Below, one piece after another: positions 1-12,140 of a DNA stretch of 64,000 nt (positions within the stretch are counted from its first letter, which is position 1; each line of letters starts with the position of its first letter). Made by a program: the position numbers and the translations under genes. The stretch lies in NCBI RefSeq assembly GCF_018350175.1, contig NC_058368.1, positions 63,118,001 to 63,182,000 of the forward strand, written 5' to 3'. Under the pieces are notes generated by a model. It was not told the origin of the DNA and made no database searches. It worked only from the letters and a program-made list of their open reading frames with translations. This DNA is from Felis catus. Taxonomy: Eukaryota.

Positions 1-85
1 CTTTTCTTATTGCTTAAGGTTTTTTTTTTATTTTTTATTTTTTTTGGTGCCCCTTAAGTTTTGCATCCGAGGCAAGTACCTCACT
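1..85 (-). mobile_element. hAT-Tip100 MITE fragment (MER96-like)
   Basis: The reverse complement agtgaggtacttgcctcggatgcaaaacttaaggggcaccaaaaaa resembles the remembered MER96/MER96B 5' end. It is truncated by the window edge. Confidence 0.45.
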
Positions 86-1889
86 GTATCTGTTGACTGA
101 CTATTCATCCGGTATCTCTTGGGTGAAGCCTACAAATCCATATTTTTACAAAAAATGTTAGAGTGTTGTCCATGGACTCTTATATCAGAACTTAGAGAAT
201 AACTTCCCCCTAGACCCATCCTTATGTTAATAAGAGAGCTCCTTCTACAGAGTTACCAAGTCTCCTTGTGTACATCTTTCAGAGCTTAAATTAATAAGAA
301 TGGAGTAGATTTGTAGTAAACATATATCAACCTTGTTATTTGTGGTTTTTCTTCTTTTCCTATGGAAGCTAGACAAGTGGGATTCAAAACAGTTTCGAAA
401 GAAGTCCCCAAATTTTTGTTGCATTTTTTTTCAATCTCTTTGCTGAGACTTTCCAACTACCCTTTCTTTTAGTTTGAAATACTTATAAACCTGAAGAATC
501 CACAGGTGAAGTGGAAAGAAACCTTAACACTTTGCTATTAGCATAATGTAGGTATGAAGTATACACAGTCAAAATATGGTATTTGAAAACACTCTATTAT
601 GTACTTTTTCATTTAAAAATATTTATTAAATATTTATTGCATATGCATTCTTAGATGAGATTACAAATGAAGAAAAAATATTTTAGGAAATAATTTAAGC
701 CAAGGTCTGGTAATATTGCTTGAAAACTAAACCCACAGGAACATAAAATATTTATTAATTCAAAACCAAGTTAGGTAATCTAAAATTCCTAAGGCTTCAT
801 GGGATTTCATTAATGCATGGAAAATTTGGCTGTAAATCCATTATTTCCAATATATAACTACAGGTAACATTACAAGTCACAAGACTGACATGCATAACCA
901 ATGCAAAACCAAAAAAGTTTCATATCACAAACTTTAAAAATCATTTGGAAGTTTGCCCAGCACAGTAGACTGGAACAAATCAGAAGATTTTGGCTAACAG
1001 TGGGTAAGGTTAACAAAACATGAAATACAGAGGTGCAGATTTAAACATCAGAGCTTTTATCTCTCACACTTTTACATTAAAAATGAAACATCAGGACTTG
1101 ATTATCGGTTGAACCAGAAATTCTCATGCTCCCATTGTCCTGGAATAGCACTAATTCTGAAGACTTTGGGAAATCTGAAAGTTACCCAAATCTCTGGAAA
1201 TTTTAAGAAAGCTGTGAGCTGAAGAAATATTATTACAGCAGCGATTAACAAAACCCTGGATATTGAGTCGTCTGTGTCTCCTCCTCTCTCACCCCCCAAG
1301 GAAAACCACATCTGATAAAGGCATAGGCGGGAGATGGTGACAGCTATCAGTCCAGGTGGATTCATTTAACCTGGAGCCAATACTTGTCAAATCCCTCCTG
1401 TGTTCTGAGAACTGTGCTGACAATCAAATTAGATCCACAGGTAGATCCTCAATATCTAACTCTCCAAAGTTTCAATGTCCTTCTTTTATGCACCTGGCCT
1501 AGTCAAGTTCAGAATAACCAACTATTGGGATCAGGTTGGTTGGATTCCGGACAGAGGGCTAAGGGCGTCTTTTTTCCACAATTGAAAGTATACACTCCCT
1601 GGTGTTAAAGCAAGATTAAGACTGATGAAATAGGCAGAACCAAACCCTCCACATCATTAATTTTCACCGGAATGACTTATTAATACCAGTAGATTAATTT
1701 GTATAGTCTGTGCTACGGATTTGCAACACAGTTCCTTCTCAGAAATATAAAGTATTGTGTTTCTCTTCTCAAGATCAATCCTGTTATTCCTTTGCTCTAG
1801 CTGCTGTCTATTCTCATTCTACACACTATATAACAGGAAGGGCATATCTACTGCAGGGTTCTCCATAACTGTAGGCTGATCATGCTCCC

Positions 1890-2090
1890 TCAAAAATATC
1901 TCCAACACAAAAATTTACTCTTGAATTCTAGAGTTTTATTTATGTTGATGCCTAACCTTGACCTAGAAATCAGAGCCATCCCTAAAATCCAAAATTGAAT
2001 TCACTTTTTTTTTCCTTCAACTCAGTTCTTTGTTTCTTACCTGTCAGTGACATACATATCCACCCAGTCTCCCAAGCCACCAGTCACTCT
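1890..2090 (+). mobile_element. L2 LINE fragment
   Basis: ccaaaattgaattcac...catatccacccagtctcccaagcc matches the typical mammalian L2 ORF2 segment. Confidence 0.55.
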
Positions 2091-3586
2091 TCAGTCTCCT
2101 CAAAACTATAAGATGGAAACAGAATTGGCATCCCCAAAATGGGTTAAGAACAACATATGCATAAACAAATGGATGCCATTGCTTACTCAATTTTATTCAT
2201 CGGCTTTAATCACATAACATCCAACTTAATTACAAAAACAATTTTAAAAACTCAATTGCATGAGTGTTTACATATGATTTATAATTTTGTTTACTCTTTT
2301 TAATACGATATTTATTGAATTTTTTGCTAAAAATGTACCAAAAATACAAATGCGCTTTAGAATTTATCAACCATTTTTATGTAAAGAATAATACTTTATT
2401 CTTTCACTAATATTGTTACTTGTACTTTCCATTTTCAAGACAGCCTGCATTCTAAAGACCCTTGCCAAGTAACTGATTACATTTTTTATTGTGTTTACCT
2501 AATTTAGGCTTCTATTAGGAGGTCTATTTGAGACTAGTTAATTCGTCAGCATGGGCCTAATAGAGTTTAGCTGCTTTGTCAATTCTGCAACTTGCTATGT
2601 AGTTTCCTATCTTTATTTAACTAATTCCCTGTAATCATTTTGTTGCACTTCTAATAACATCAGATGGGAAACTGTACAAGTGTGTGTCTAGAATGTGCAG
2701 CTAATGTATTGTCTTTAGCATCTGATTCTCTCTAATGATTAAGTGGCAACACAGTTTCTTAAGCACCTTAGTAATATCCTCTGGGCAAAACAACAGTTTT
2801 ATTTGAGTGAGGCAAGTTGAAGGAACCTCCTCACTCCTCATCTTGTAATCCATGCTATAGAAAGAGACTGACTACAAAATAAAACTTCACCAATAGAGCC
2901 TAAAGACCTTTAGGCTTTAGCTCTCCCATCCAAAAAGAACGTGTGTAAATACTAGACACAGGTGTCTTAATAAAATACATTTCCCCCACAAGGATATTAT
3001 ATTCCAGGGATAGATTTTATCTGAAAGCTGTCTTCACCTCCTAAAAAGAGAGTGGCTTTTAAAGATAAATTCTTCTCTCCTGTACTTTACCAACTTCACC
3101 ACCATAACACAGAGATAAGAGATAAAATAAAATGAAAATATGGAAAGCAGAGCAGGGAAATGCAAGGAGACACTGTATATTGGACAAAAGCAAACCTCAG
3201 AAATACTGCTGATAAAGACTTTGCACTTTGAGGAATAGTTGGAACAAATTTACTGAGGAATGCACTGCCATCAGAAATAAAAGCTAAAACAAGGAAGCAA
3301 TCATTTAAACGCATGGTGTTGAATGTGGACAGAAAAAGGAAATATATAAATGAATGATGTAAAATCACTGCTAACGAAGATTTAGACAAACACTAATTGA
3401 CAGAAATTTTTCCTTAGACACACATGGCTAAGAGTTTTGTTTGTCTTAGTGGGGAAGAATTAGGAGAATTACAAAATTGGGAAGAACTATAGTGTGATTC
3501 ATTCTTCCTGAAAATGTTTATGTTCTCCTTATAAATTCAACATTCTGGCGCTTCCACATGGGAAAACCAGGGAAATGACACTTGGG

Positions 3587-4092
3587 TGTTGAATGTTGGC
3601 TATCTTAAATATCAGTTAAACTAACAACCTGTTGTTAATCAAAGCTAGGTGTGCATTTCTCAGCAAGAGTGGACACTTTCAGCCAAATCTTAGCCTTTCA
3701 GAAAGAGAGCAGGGAAGCCAGGATATTCGATAAGGTTTAAAATCAGGTTTAAGGCAAATCTCTCAGGAGGTGTGGTAGAGGCTGAGGTGGGGATGAGCTT
3801 TGTTAGAAGGGGTAAGGGTCATAATATACTAGTTTAGTATTGGTGGACATAGCAAGGTTTGGTTTCAGAGTTTGGGGAGTAAACAATCTGTTGATATCTT
3901 TTTAATTAAAAGTTCAGCAGTTTGATGTTCATCTAAATGATTTCCTTCATAGAAATTACTTGCAATTTTTATCTTCCAGAAACAGAGTTTCTTAGAATAA
4001 TAAAATCATGTTGATGAGATCAGTGAAAAGGTAAAATTAGACTAATATCTACAGAATAATCCATGTGGGTACAGTTGGTTTTGGCTTTAACA
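3587..4092. mobile_element. ERV1-class solo LTR (MER110-like)
   Basis: It has TG...CA ends. The motifs gggtaagggtcataatatactagtttagtattggtggacatagcaagg and atcttccagaaacagagtttcttagaataataaaatcatgttgatga resemble the remembered MER110 consensus. Confidence 0.55.
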
Positions 4093-4957
4093 CTACATAA
4101 AAGAGCTACATTTTGAAGTTCAGCGTCTCCTGGTCTACATTCAAGGTGCTGAGTTTGAGTGTGTCTAACTCTCTCGCTCTCTCATCCAAAGATTCAGAGA
4201 CTACAAGAAAGACACTTAGAGGTTGTAACACTGATTTTGCACATAGAACATGTAATGAAGTAATGAAAATTCTGGCAAGGTAACAGTTCAAACAAAAGTG
4301 CAGATTTCAGAAATATTAGGATACGTTAAAGGAACAGAGTAGTCCATTGTCCTAAATGATTGTAGTTAACATTGGTACAGCTCTTTTTCATTTTAACGGA
4401 GCAAAGTACATGTATCAGGAAATATCAAGTGTAATAGCAACCATGCCTAAAATGCCAGATCTACAGGTTTTTGCATAATATACCATTTCACCTACATATG
4501 AAAGATGGTTAATGATCTCTTGTGAAATTTCTTTCTCTTATAATATGGAATTTGGCCTTCCTTTTTCTTCTTCTAAAAAGATAACCAACTGAGATGCAAG
4601 GAAACATTCTGTCTGATATTTCATGATAGCTATCTGACTCACCTCATACAAGTTCCAAAAAAATCTTTTATCTCGCTTCCCATTAAATATCTAATTTCCC
4701 CTTAGAAATTTTAAATTGACTTCTTTCAGTGTATAATATTGCCATTCTCTGAGCCTCCAGTTATGTGAGCAAGTGAGGGAGTTGCTAATGTGGAAGACAG
4801 AGTGTGTCGAAGTATTCTTGTCACAGTATATGGTAAGTTCATGGTAGACATTCAAATTGTTTTTCCAAAAACTCTTGCTTCACAGTTTCATACCAGTAAG
4901 AATAGAGGTCTAAAGACATTGTTTCTAAAAAATGGAAACATTTTCTCTTACATCTTT

Positions 4958-5173
4958 TCCTTTTATTTTTTTTAACGTTTATTTATTTTTGACACAGAGA
5001 GAGACAGAGCATGAACGGGGGAGGGTCAGAGAGAGGGAGACACAGAATTGAAACAGGCTCCAGGCTCTGAGCTGTCAGCACAGAGCCCGACACAGGGCTC
5101 GAACTCATGGACCGCGAGATCATGACCTGAGCCGAAGTCGGCTGCTTAACCGACTGAGCCAGCCAGGCGCCCC
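4958..5173 (-). mobile_element. Can-SINE (SINEC_Fc type), full length
   Basis: It has a tRNA-like head GGGGCGCCTGG, a CT tract and an A tail on the minus strand. A 15-bp TSD ttctcttacatcttt lies at 4943-4957 and 5175-5189. Confidence 0.95.
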
Positions 5174-6023
5174 ATTCTCTTACATCTTTATTAGCAAGAT
5201 TCTATCATCTCTTGTTTCCTCCCCGGATCTCAAATTGAGAACTGTGTATGGGAACTCTGAGGGAAAAGTCCAGATTGTCCTATGTATGTATCCTAGTATA
5301 GTTAGTTTAGGGAAGTAATGGATTACAACACATGCCCAGGAGCAAATTTGGAAACTGGAGTAGAATCAGGTATCAAATGCACTTTTCAGAAGCCACAGCA
5401 CTGACGTGAAATATCACATTTTATTCAAACTTGTTGCAAATAACAAACCTATAATATGTGTTATAAATTCATGAAAAGAAGCACCAAACTATCGGCTCTC
5501 TCTGAAAAAGCAGTGAGGTACAAAGAGGGTCCCAACAAGAAAATTGAAGTCCGATATCTCACTTCTCCATCTAAAATGTGTGATTTATAAATATTAAATA
5601 AGCAAATCAAGGATAAAAAAATCTCCAAGATATCAAATTTTTTTAAGAAATTAGATCTACTTATTCACATTGAACCCATAGTGCAGTAGACATAAAATTA
5701 AGGCAGTAAGTTAACACTTCGACGAAAATTTGCTAACAGATAATCCATTGCCAGGAAATATGAAATAATGTAATAAAATTGAAGGAGGGAATGATAAAAT
5801 AGAAAACAAGGAAAATGGCTGTTAAAAGAAGTAAACTACAAATTCAGAATCAGAATTTAGTGTGCAATAGGAAAAAAGAAAACCAGGTAAACATTAATCG
5901 CAAAAGAGCAATATTATGCCACCGAAGCGAGAACAACCCAAATCTAATAAAATAATACTTAAAAGCCTCAGAAAGAAGCAAACATTATTAAAAATGAAAC
6001 ATATTTAAAATGGGAATTAAGAG

Positions 6024-6191
6024 GGGGTGCCTGGGTGGCTCAGCAGTTCAGTCAGCAGCGACTTTAGCTCAGGTCATGATCTCACAGTTCGTGAGTTCAA
6101 GCCCCGTGTAGGAGGGCTCTGTGCTGACAGCTCGGAGCCTGGAGCCTGCTTCAGATTCTGTGTCTCCCTCTCTCTCTCCCCCTCCCTCCCT

Positions 6192-6239
<48 letters not shown>

Positions 6240-6262
6240 AATAAACATTAAAAAATGTTTTT
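6024..6262 (+). mobile_element. Can-SINE
   Basis: It has the head ggggtgcctgggtggctcag, (CT)n and an AATAAA tail. The TSD aatg(g/t)gaattaag lies at 6009-6021 and 6263-6275. Confidence 0.93.
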
Positions 6263-6274
6263 AATGTGAATTAA

Positions 6275-6455
6275 GGGGCACCTGGGTGGTTCAGTCAGGT
6301 GTCTGACTTTGGCTCAAATATGATCTCACAGTTCATGAGTTTGGGCCCCCTATGAGCACACAGCCTACCCCGGATCCCCTGTCCCCCTGTCTCTCTGCCT
6401 CTCCCCGGCTTGTTCTCTCTCTCAAAGTGAATAAATCAACTTTGAAAATAAAATG
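6275..6455 (+). mobile_element. Can-SINE, diverged, in tandem with the previous copy
   Basis: It has the head ggggcacctgggtggttcag, internal deletions, a CT tract and an A-rich tail. Confidence 0.85.
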
Positions 6456-6559
6456 TAAAGTCAAATGTTGTATATGAAATATACATCAATTGAAAAAAAA
6501 AAAAAACCCACCTCCCCCGAGTGCCCACAGTCAAAGACTTACATAGCCTCCATCACGTC

Positions 6560-6645
6560 ATTAATTTTGGCTTCTGTTCCCTGCTATTTGTGCAGCACCT
6601 AGAACAGTTCCTGGCACCCTTCAGACAAAAACTAAATATTTGTAT
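6560..6645 (+). mobile_element. L2 3' end
   Basis: tgttccctgctatttgtgcagcacctagaacagttcctggcac...taaatatttg matches the L2 3' terminus. It is interrupted by the next SINE. Confidence 0.65.
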
Positions 6646-6649
6646 TTTT

Positions 6650-6868
6650 TTTAAATTTTTTTTTTCAACGTTTATTTATTTTTGGGACAGAGAGAGACAG
6701 AGCATGAACAGGGGAGGGGCAGAGAGAGAGGGAGACACAGAATCAGAAACAGGCTCCAGGCTCTGAGCCATCAGCCCAGAGCCTGACGCGGGGCTCGAAC
6801 CCACGGACCGCGAGATCGTGACCTGGCTGAAGTCGGACGCTTAACCGACTGTGCCACCCAGGCGCCCC
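6650..6868 (-). mobile_element. Young Can-SINE (SINEC_Fc)
   Basis: Many CpGs are retained. A perfect 17-bp TSD taaatatttgtattttt lies at 6633-6649 and 6869-6885. Confidence 0.97.
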
Positions 6869-7439
6869 TAAATATTTGTATTTTTAAAAATCTATCAGTA
6901 AAAAGGATTGGGTCACAAACTGAGCAGGTGCATCGTTTTTGTCTTCTGCCCAAACTCAGTTGAAATGACAGAAAAAAAAATGTTTAACAAGTAATAATGC
7001 TGGATAGCAAATATAGGTCCAAAAGCGTCTAAGAAAAATATGGAGCAATTCTTAGAGAAAGCAGACGGGACAGAATTGAGGAACAGGCAAGACTCTGAGA
7101 AGTTACACAGCACAGTGGAAGAATTTTGAAAGGTGTTCTAGCATCATAATCAGAGGAGTCCTTTGTGGTACTAGTCATTCAGAATTAACTGAAAAAATAC
7201 CTTTAAGGAAGCTGGGAAAATGAATCTCTCTTCTCCTCCTGTTCCACTAAATTGAGTACAGCCATCAAGCTGGCTCGCAAGCCAGTACTGGCACTGGTGC
7301 CCTGTAACAGGCCATCAAAGGGAAAAGAGCCTTCTTCCAGAAGGATACCTCTTAAAAGACAGTCTGCTGATTCACCACTTTTGACAGCATATTTCACTCT
7401 TCTCTCCAAATTGCCAATTTTATGTATTAAGAACTTACA

Positions 7440-9130
7440 AAGGCAAATAGGTGAGTTTGTCAAATAATAAGAAACATGAAATACTTTAGATATAAAGTGA
7501 AGTAAAAAAAAAAAAGGCTTCCATTTGAACAAAAATAAAGACAATTGGCACCAAAGAAACAGAGCTAATAAAGCAAATGGAAGACTGAAAGATAATTATA
7601 ATTCTAAAGAGATAGAAGAGAGTATCACATGCACAGGCTATTATGAAAGAAAACAATTAAAGATCAAGAAAAGTAAAGGTACAGACTTTTGGGGAAAAAA
7701 CCTCATGGAATGAGTCAATGCCAAAAAGCTGAAGCAAGTTATATTACTGTTAAGGTGAAAAATCATCATAATCAAAAGGGTAAGATAAAAACCTTCATGA
7801 AAGATGAGAGACAAGAAGGATACCACCAGAATCGCAAACACCTAACCAAGCAAAGTGCAAGACAGAAGCAATAGAGAAGTTGCAGGGGAGATAATTAAAA
7901 ATATAAAGGGGGGGGGGGTGGAATCCAGGCCAGAATATATACATGAATTTTTTCATTGAATGGCCACCATAACCACTAAAAACAAACAAAAAAAACCTAG
8001 ATGCATCATAGTGAGTATTTTGAATGTCAGAGATAAATAAGGGTCAGATTTGGAGGCAAGAACCTCTCGTTCAGCAGCAATTAATACTAGAGAAGGAGAA
8101 GGAATATCTTTTTAAGTTTCTTCTGAGGGGGTGGGGGAGGGGCAGAGGAAGAGAGACAATCCCAACCAGGCTCCTTGTTGTTGGCGTGAAAGCCTGACAT
8201 GAATCTCTGCCTCGGGTCATGACTTGAGACGAAGTCAAGACTAGTTGCTTAACCAACTGAGCCATCCAGGCACTCCACGCAGGAATATCTTTAAAACTCT
8301 AATGGAATATGAACATAGAATTCTATAACCATCTAAATGACCATTTGGGGGACAGAATGGAAGAAATTTTCAAATATGTAAAAACTCAGAATGTCTTCTA
8401 TCCATAAACTGTGAAAGAAAAACTTAAAAATACATTCCACCTTTATCAAAACTGATTTCAGGAAAGAGGAAAATAGGGGTTTAAAAAAATCAATGCACCA
8501 AGAAATCATTACAATGTATGCTAGCTAAATAAATACAAATGAAATTGGAAAAACTCATAATATTCAGTATAGGTTCAGTTTGGAAGGGAGGGGCTAAAGA
8601 AGGAAGAGAAATGGAAACATGCTGGGGTTTTCTATTGTAGAAATTATATCTAGCTATTGATACAAAAATAATTTAGTCTATTTAGTTTTTAAATAGACAC
8701 CAAAGGAATATGTGATAGATATTTTCTTCTAATGCTTAAATAATTTTTAAATTTAAAATACAGAAAAAAATCAGAAAAATCAATGCAGAAACATAATTCA
8801 GAAAAAAGTAAATTGGTAGGGCTTGTTCCAACATAACGGTGATTACAATAAATTTCAAAGATCTAGATCTCTGTCCTTCAAGGTAATAATCTTGTTTGAA
8901 TAAGGTTTAAATTCAGTTAAATGAAAATACACCAAAAGTTGGACAATAGAGAAATGAAGAGGGAAAAGAAGTACCTAGCAAATCCTAGCAAAATCAACCA
9001 GGTATGAAAATATTTTTTAATCCTAAATAAAATTTACCATAAAAGCAGTAAGTAGGTCAGAATAAAATGAAGTTATTTTTAAGATTAAGTTAGAAATGTT
9101 CCAGTGACTAAAAGACTCATAAATGGTTAT
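7440..9130 (+). mobile_element. Ancient L1ME/HAL1-like ORF1 region remnant
   Basis: The + strand is A-rich. acctagatgcatcatagtga...ggaatatctttaaaactct...tagaattctataaccatctaaa resembles the ORF1 C-terminal region of old L1/HAL1. Confidence 0.5.
8112..8276 (-). mobile_element. Can-SINE, diverged/shortened
   Basis: The SINE core is on the minus strand. A 12-bp TSD aggaatatcttt lies at 8100-8111 and 8281-8292. Confidence 0.88.
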
Positions 9131-9284
9131 GTCAAAATTCACCAACTCAAATACATAGTGGGAGTTTTTGGGTTGTTTTTGTTTTGTTTCTTTTTTTGTT
9201 AGGTAGATAATGCAAATGACATAGGAAGCTATCAAGCATGAGAATAGTAGGTAGTGCAACCATTTTAAAACATCCGGCAATTTA

Positions 9285-9436
9285 GGGGCACCCAGGTGGC
9301 TCAGCTGGTTAAGCATTCAACTCTTGATTTTGGCTCAGGTCATGATCTCAAGCCCTGCATCACACTCTGTGCTAACAGCACAGAGCCTGCTTGGGACTCT
9401 GTGTCCTTCTGTATCTCTCTCAAAATAAATAAAAAG
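9285..9436 (+). mobile_element. Can-SINE with internal deletion
   Basis: It has the head ggggcacccaggtggctcag and an AATAAA tail. Part of the B-box region is missing. Confidence 0.88.
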
Positions 9437-9649
9437 AGACGAAAGGGAAGGGGAAGGGAAGATCATTCAACTAATACAAGAATGATTCACTGATCCATAT
9501 CTAGCAGTTGATAACCAGTTTATGCAAACAGTAAAACTTGAAAATATGTGAAGCAGAAATTGACAAAAACTCAAGGAAGACTTGAAAAACCTCACAGTTG
9601 TAGTGTGAGGTGAGTGTAATATTCGAGTAGCCATGTAAAGGAAGAAAAA

Positions 9650-10700
9650 AGTGATCAACTATGCCAAAGGCTACCGACAGTCAAGTAAGGTCAGAACTGG
9701 GACTTCACCATTGTAATTAGCAACACTAAGGTCATTAGCAATACTGACTACAGCCATTTTGGGGAAGGAGGGAGATTAAAAAAACCCCACTGGAGTGAGC
9801 ACCAGAGAAAAATCAAGGACTGCTAGTACAGAAAACTGTTTCAAGGAGGTTTGCAAATGGAAGCAAAGCAAAGGGATGATACCCATAGGAAGACTAACAT
9901 TAAGAGATGGGGGTGGGGATGGAGGGATGGGTGTGATGATAAGTTTGGGGTAAATATATGCAGTATCTTTTACTTTTTTCCCAATAATTTGCAACAGGAA
10001 TGCATTCGGGCATTTCTTTCCTAATTTAAAAAACCATTAAGACATCATGTTTTGTTTCCACTTTTCCTTTTTTAAATCGAGAAGTAGCTTGTTTGTATGC
10101 TAACGGTAATGAAGTAGACAGGGGAAATTTGACAATATATAAGGCACAGAAGAAAATTGCTGGAGCAATGATTTTAAGTAAGTGAGACAGGATAGTATGT
10201 GGTACAACTGAGCTGGCGTTAGAAACAAAGAGTTCAATAACTGGAATAGGAGGGCAGTCAGGGTACTGTTGTCACCAATGCAGACAGGTGGGTATACAGT
10301 GGTAGGGATGTGCTGAAATTCTGAGTGTTTCATTTAGCTCACTGAAATAGAATGAAGATCATCAGCTCAGCTGAGATGGCAAAGAGGTATTGGAGATTTG
10401 AAGAGAGAGGAATAAATATAAAGTAATCGTTGTGGTGCTTGTAAGACTATTCTAGAGAAGTATAAATTATCCTTGCCGGTCAGTGTCAAGGGCCCATTAG
10501 GAGTTAGTGATTATGGATTTAAAGTGAAAGCAACAAATTGTGGTTTTTCCTGAAGCCACATTGTTACCTGAGGTTAGATACTTAACAGGTGGAGAGTTGA
10601 ATTTAACCTAGGCTGATCTAGCAAAGGAGTGTGGCATGGTGAGAGATACACAACAGAATTTGCCATATACAGAAAAGTGATCATGGTTACTGATCACAGA
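9650..10700 (-). mobile_element. L2 LINE fragments (interrupted)
   Basis: gtgatcaactatgccaaaggctaccgacagtcaagtaaggtcagaactggga...ccattgtaattagcaac matches antisense L2 and resumes near 10075. Confidence 0.65.
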
Positions 10701-10730
10701 ATGAAACTGGGTAGGAAACGAAGTGAGGAA

Positions 10731-10835
10731 AACTCTGTGAATATGCTTAAAACCATTGACTTTTACACTCTAATTGATTAATTGTATGATATGTAAATTA
10801 TCTCTCAATAGGTTGCTGCCAAAAGAAAAATAAAA
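10731..10835 (+). mobile_element. Old L1 (L1M) 3' end
   Basis: aactctgtgaatatgcttaaaaccattga...tgtatgatatgtaaattatctctcaata followed by an A-rich tail. Confidence 0.75.
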
Positions 10836-10961
10836 GAGAGGCAGTGGAAAGGGGAGGAAGGAAGAGGTAGGAAGTTGAAGAGATGATGATGGTGAAACAA
10901 AACAGGGAAGTGGAAAAAGAAAATATGCTCCCAAGCCCAACACCATTAAAATTCAATTTGA

Positions 10962-11171
10962 GAGGCACCTGGATGGTTCAGCCATTCAGCTTCCGACTTT
11001 AGCACAGGTCATGATCTCATGGTTTGTGAGATCGAGCCCCACATCAGGCTCTCTCTGTCAGTGCAGAGCCAGGTTCGGATCCTCTGTCCCCCTCTCTCCT
11101 TGCCCCTCCCTTGCACATTCTCTCTCTCAAAAATAAATAACAATACTTAAATAGAAAGATTTATAGGTATA
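10962..11171 (+). mobile_element. Can-SINE
   Basis: The head, CT tract and tail are present. The TSD taaaattc(a/c)atttga lies at 10947-10961 and 11172-11186. Confidence 0.9.
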
Positions 11172-11789
11172 TAAAATTCCATTTGAACAAAGCATTTCTT
11201 TAAATATGTCCTGAGTTTTATCCTGATTTTTGTCCTGTTTGGTGATTTTCAAATGAAGAAGATTAAAAATTTTTTATTCATGTTTTTATAGTCTTTGTAT
11301 AATGGCTATTTCCACATTTGGGTTATGAATGATATTTTTATCATAATATGACCTCACCAATAAAAATATTTATGATGCTAAGAACTGAGAAAGGATCTGC
11401 AGGCTGGTTGAAATGCCATCAGTAGTTCAGTAGGCTGCAAGGATGAATGAGTGGAAGGAAACATAGTTTGTGTATCAATCATGTTTAATTTGTGTGGAAC
11501 TCTCTTTGCCCTGGTTCTGTGTTTCCCTGCGTAGGGACTTCTGGAATAATGCTGGAGGCCTCTCCCTGCATCCCTGCATACTTGCCTTCTTGGGGTAAGA
11601 GTAAGTTATCTGACTGTTGAATTTGTAAAACTAGGCTTATGGGGTCAGCCCTTTCCTCCAATTCCTTCTGTAGGAGAACCTACCAACTCTAGGTAGCAAA
11701 CATTCTCTTTCTATGTCACAATTTTTAGAGGATTGCTTCCTATAAAGCAAGACACCTGAAGTATTTTCAGTGGTCTCCATTTGGGGCAA

Positions 11790-11883
11790 CACAACTCAAG
11801 GTCACACACCTCATAGATAGAAAAACTGGAATTTGAACCCAGCAGTGTGACTTTAAAGTTTTCATTTTAGGCATTACACTGCT
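11790..11883 (-). mobile_element. MIR fragment
   Basis: caaggtcacacacc...ctggaatttgaacccagcagtgtgact is the antisense MIR 5' part. Confidence 0.7.
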
Positions 11884-11918
11884 CAGCATCTGGAAGTTTG
11901 TGTAAAGAAATTGGAATT

Positions 11919-12140
11919 GGGCGCCTGCGTGGCTCAGTCAGTTAAGCCTCTGGTCAGTTAAGCTCAGGTCATGATCTCACAGCTCATGGGTTTGAGTCCT
12001 GCATCAGGCTGTGTGCTGACAACTTGGATCCTGGAGCCTGCTTCAGATTTTGTGTCTCCCTCTCTCTCTGCCCCTCCCTGCTCATGCTGTGTCTCTCTCT
12101 GTCTCAGAAATAAAGAAAAATGTTTTAAAAAATTTAAAAA
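11919..12140 (+). mobile_element. Can-SINE
   Basis: It has the head gggcgcctgcgtggctcag and an approximate TSD aga(a/t)attggaat. Confidence 0.92.

Noticed and set aside
2895..2920. agcctaaag-ac-ctttaggct hairpin (also aggctgatt/aatcagcct near 13370-13423 and aattacatgtaatt near 52777)
   Set aside because: Isolated short stems at chance frequency with no supporting context.
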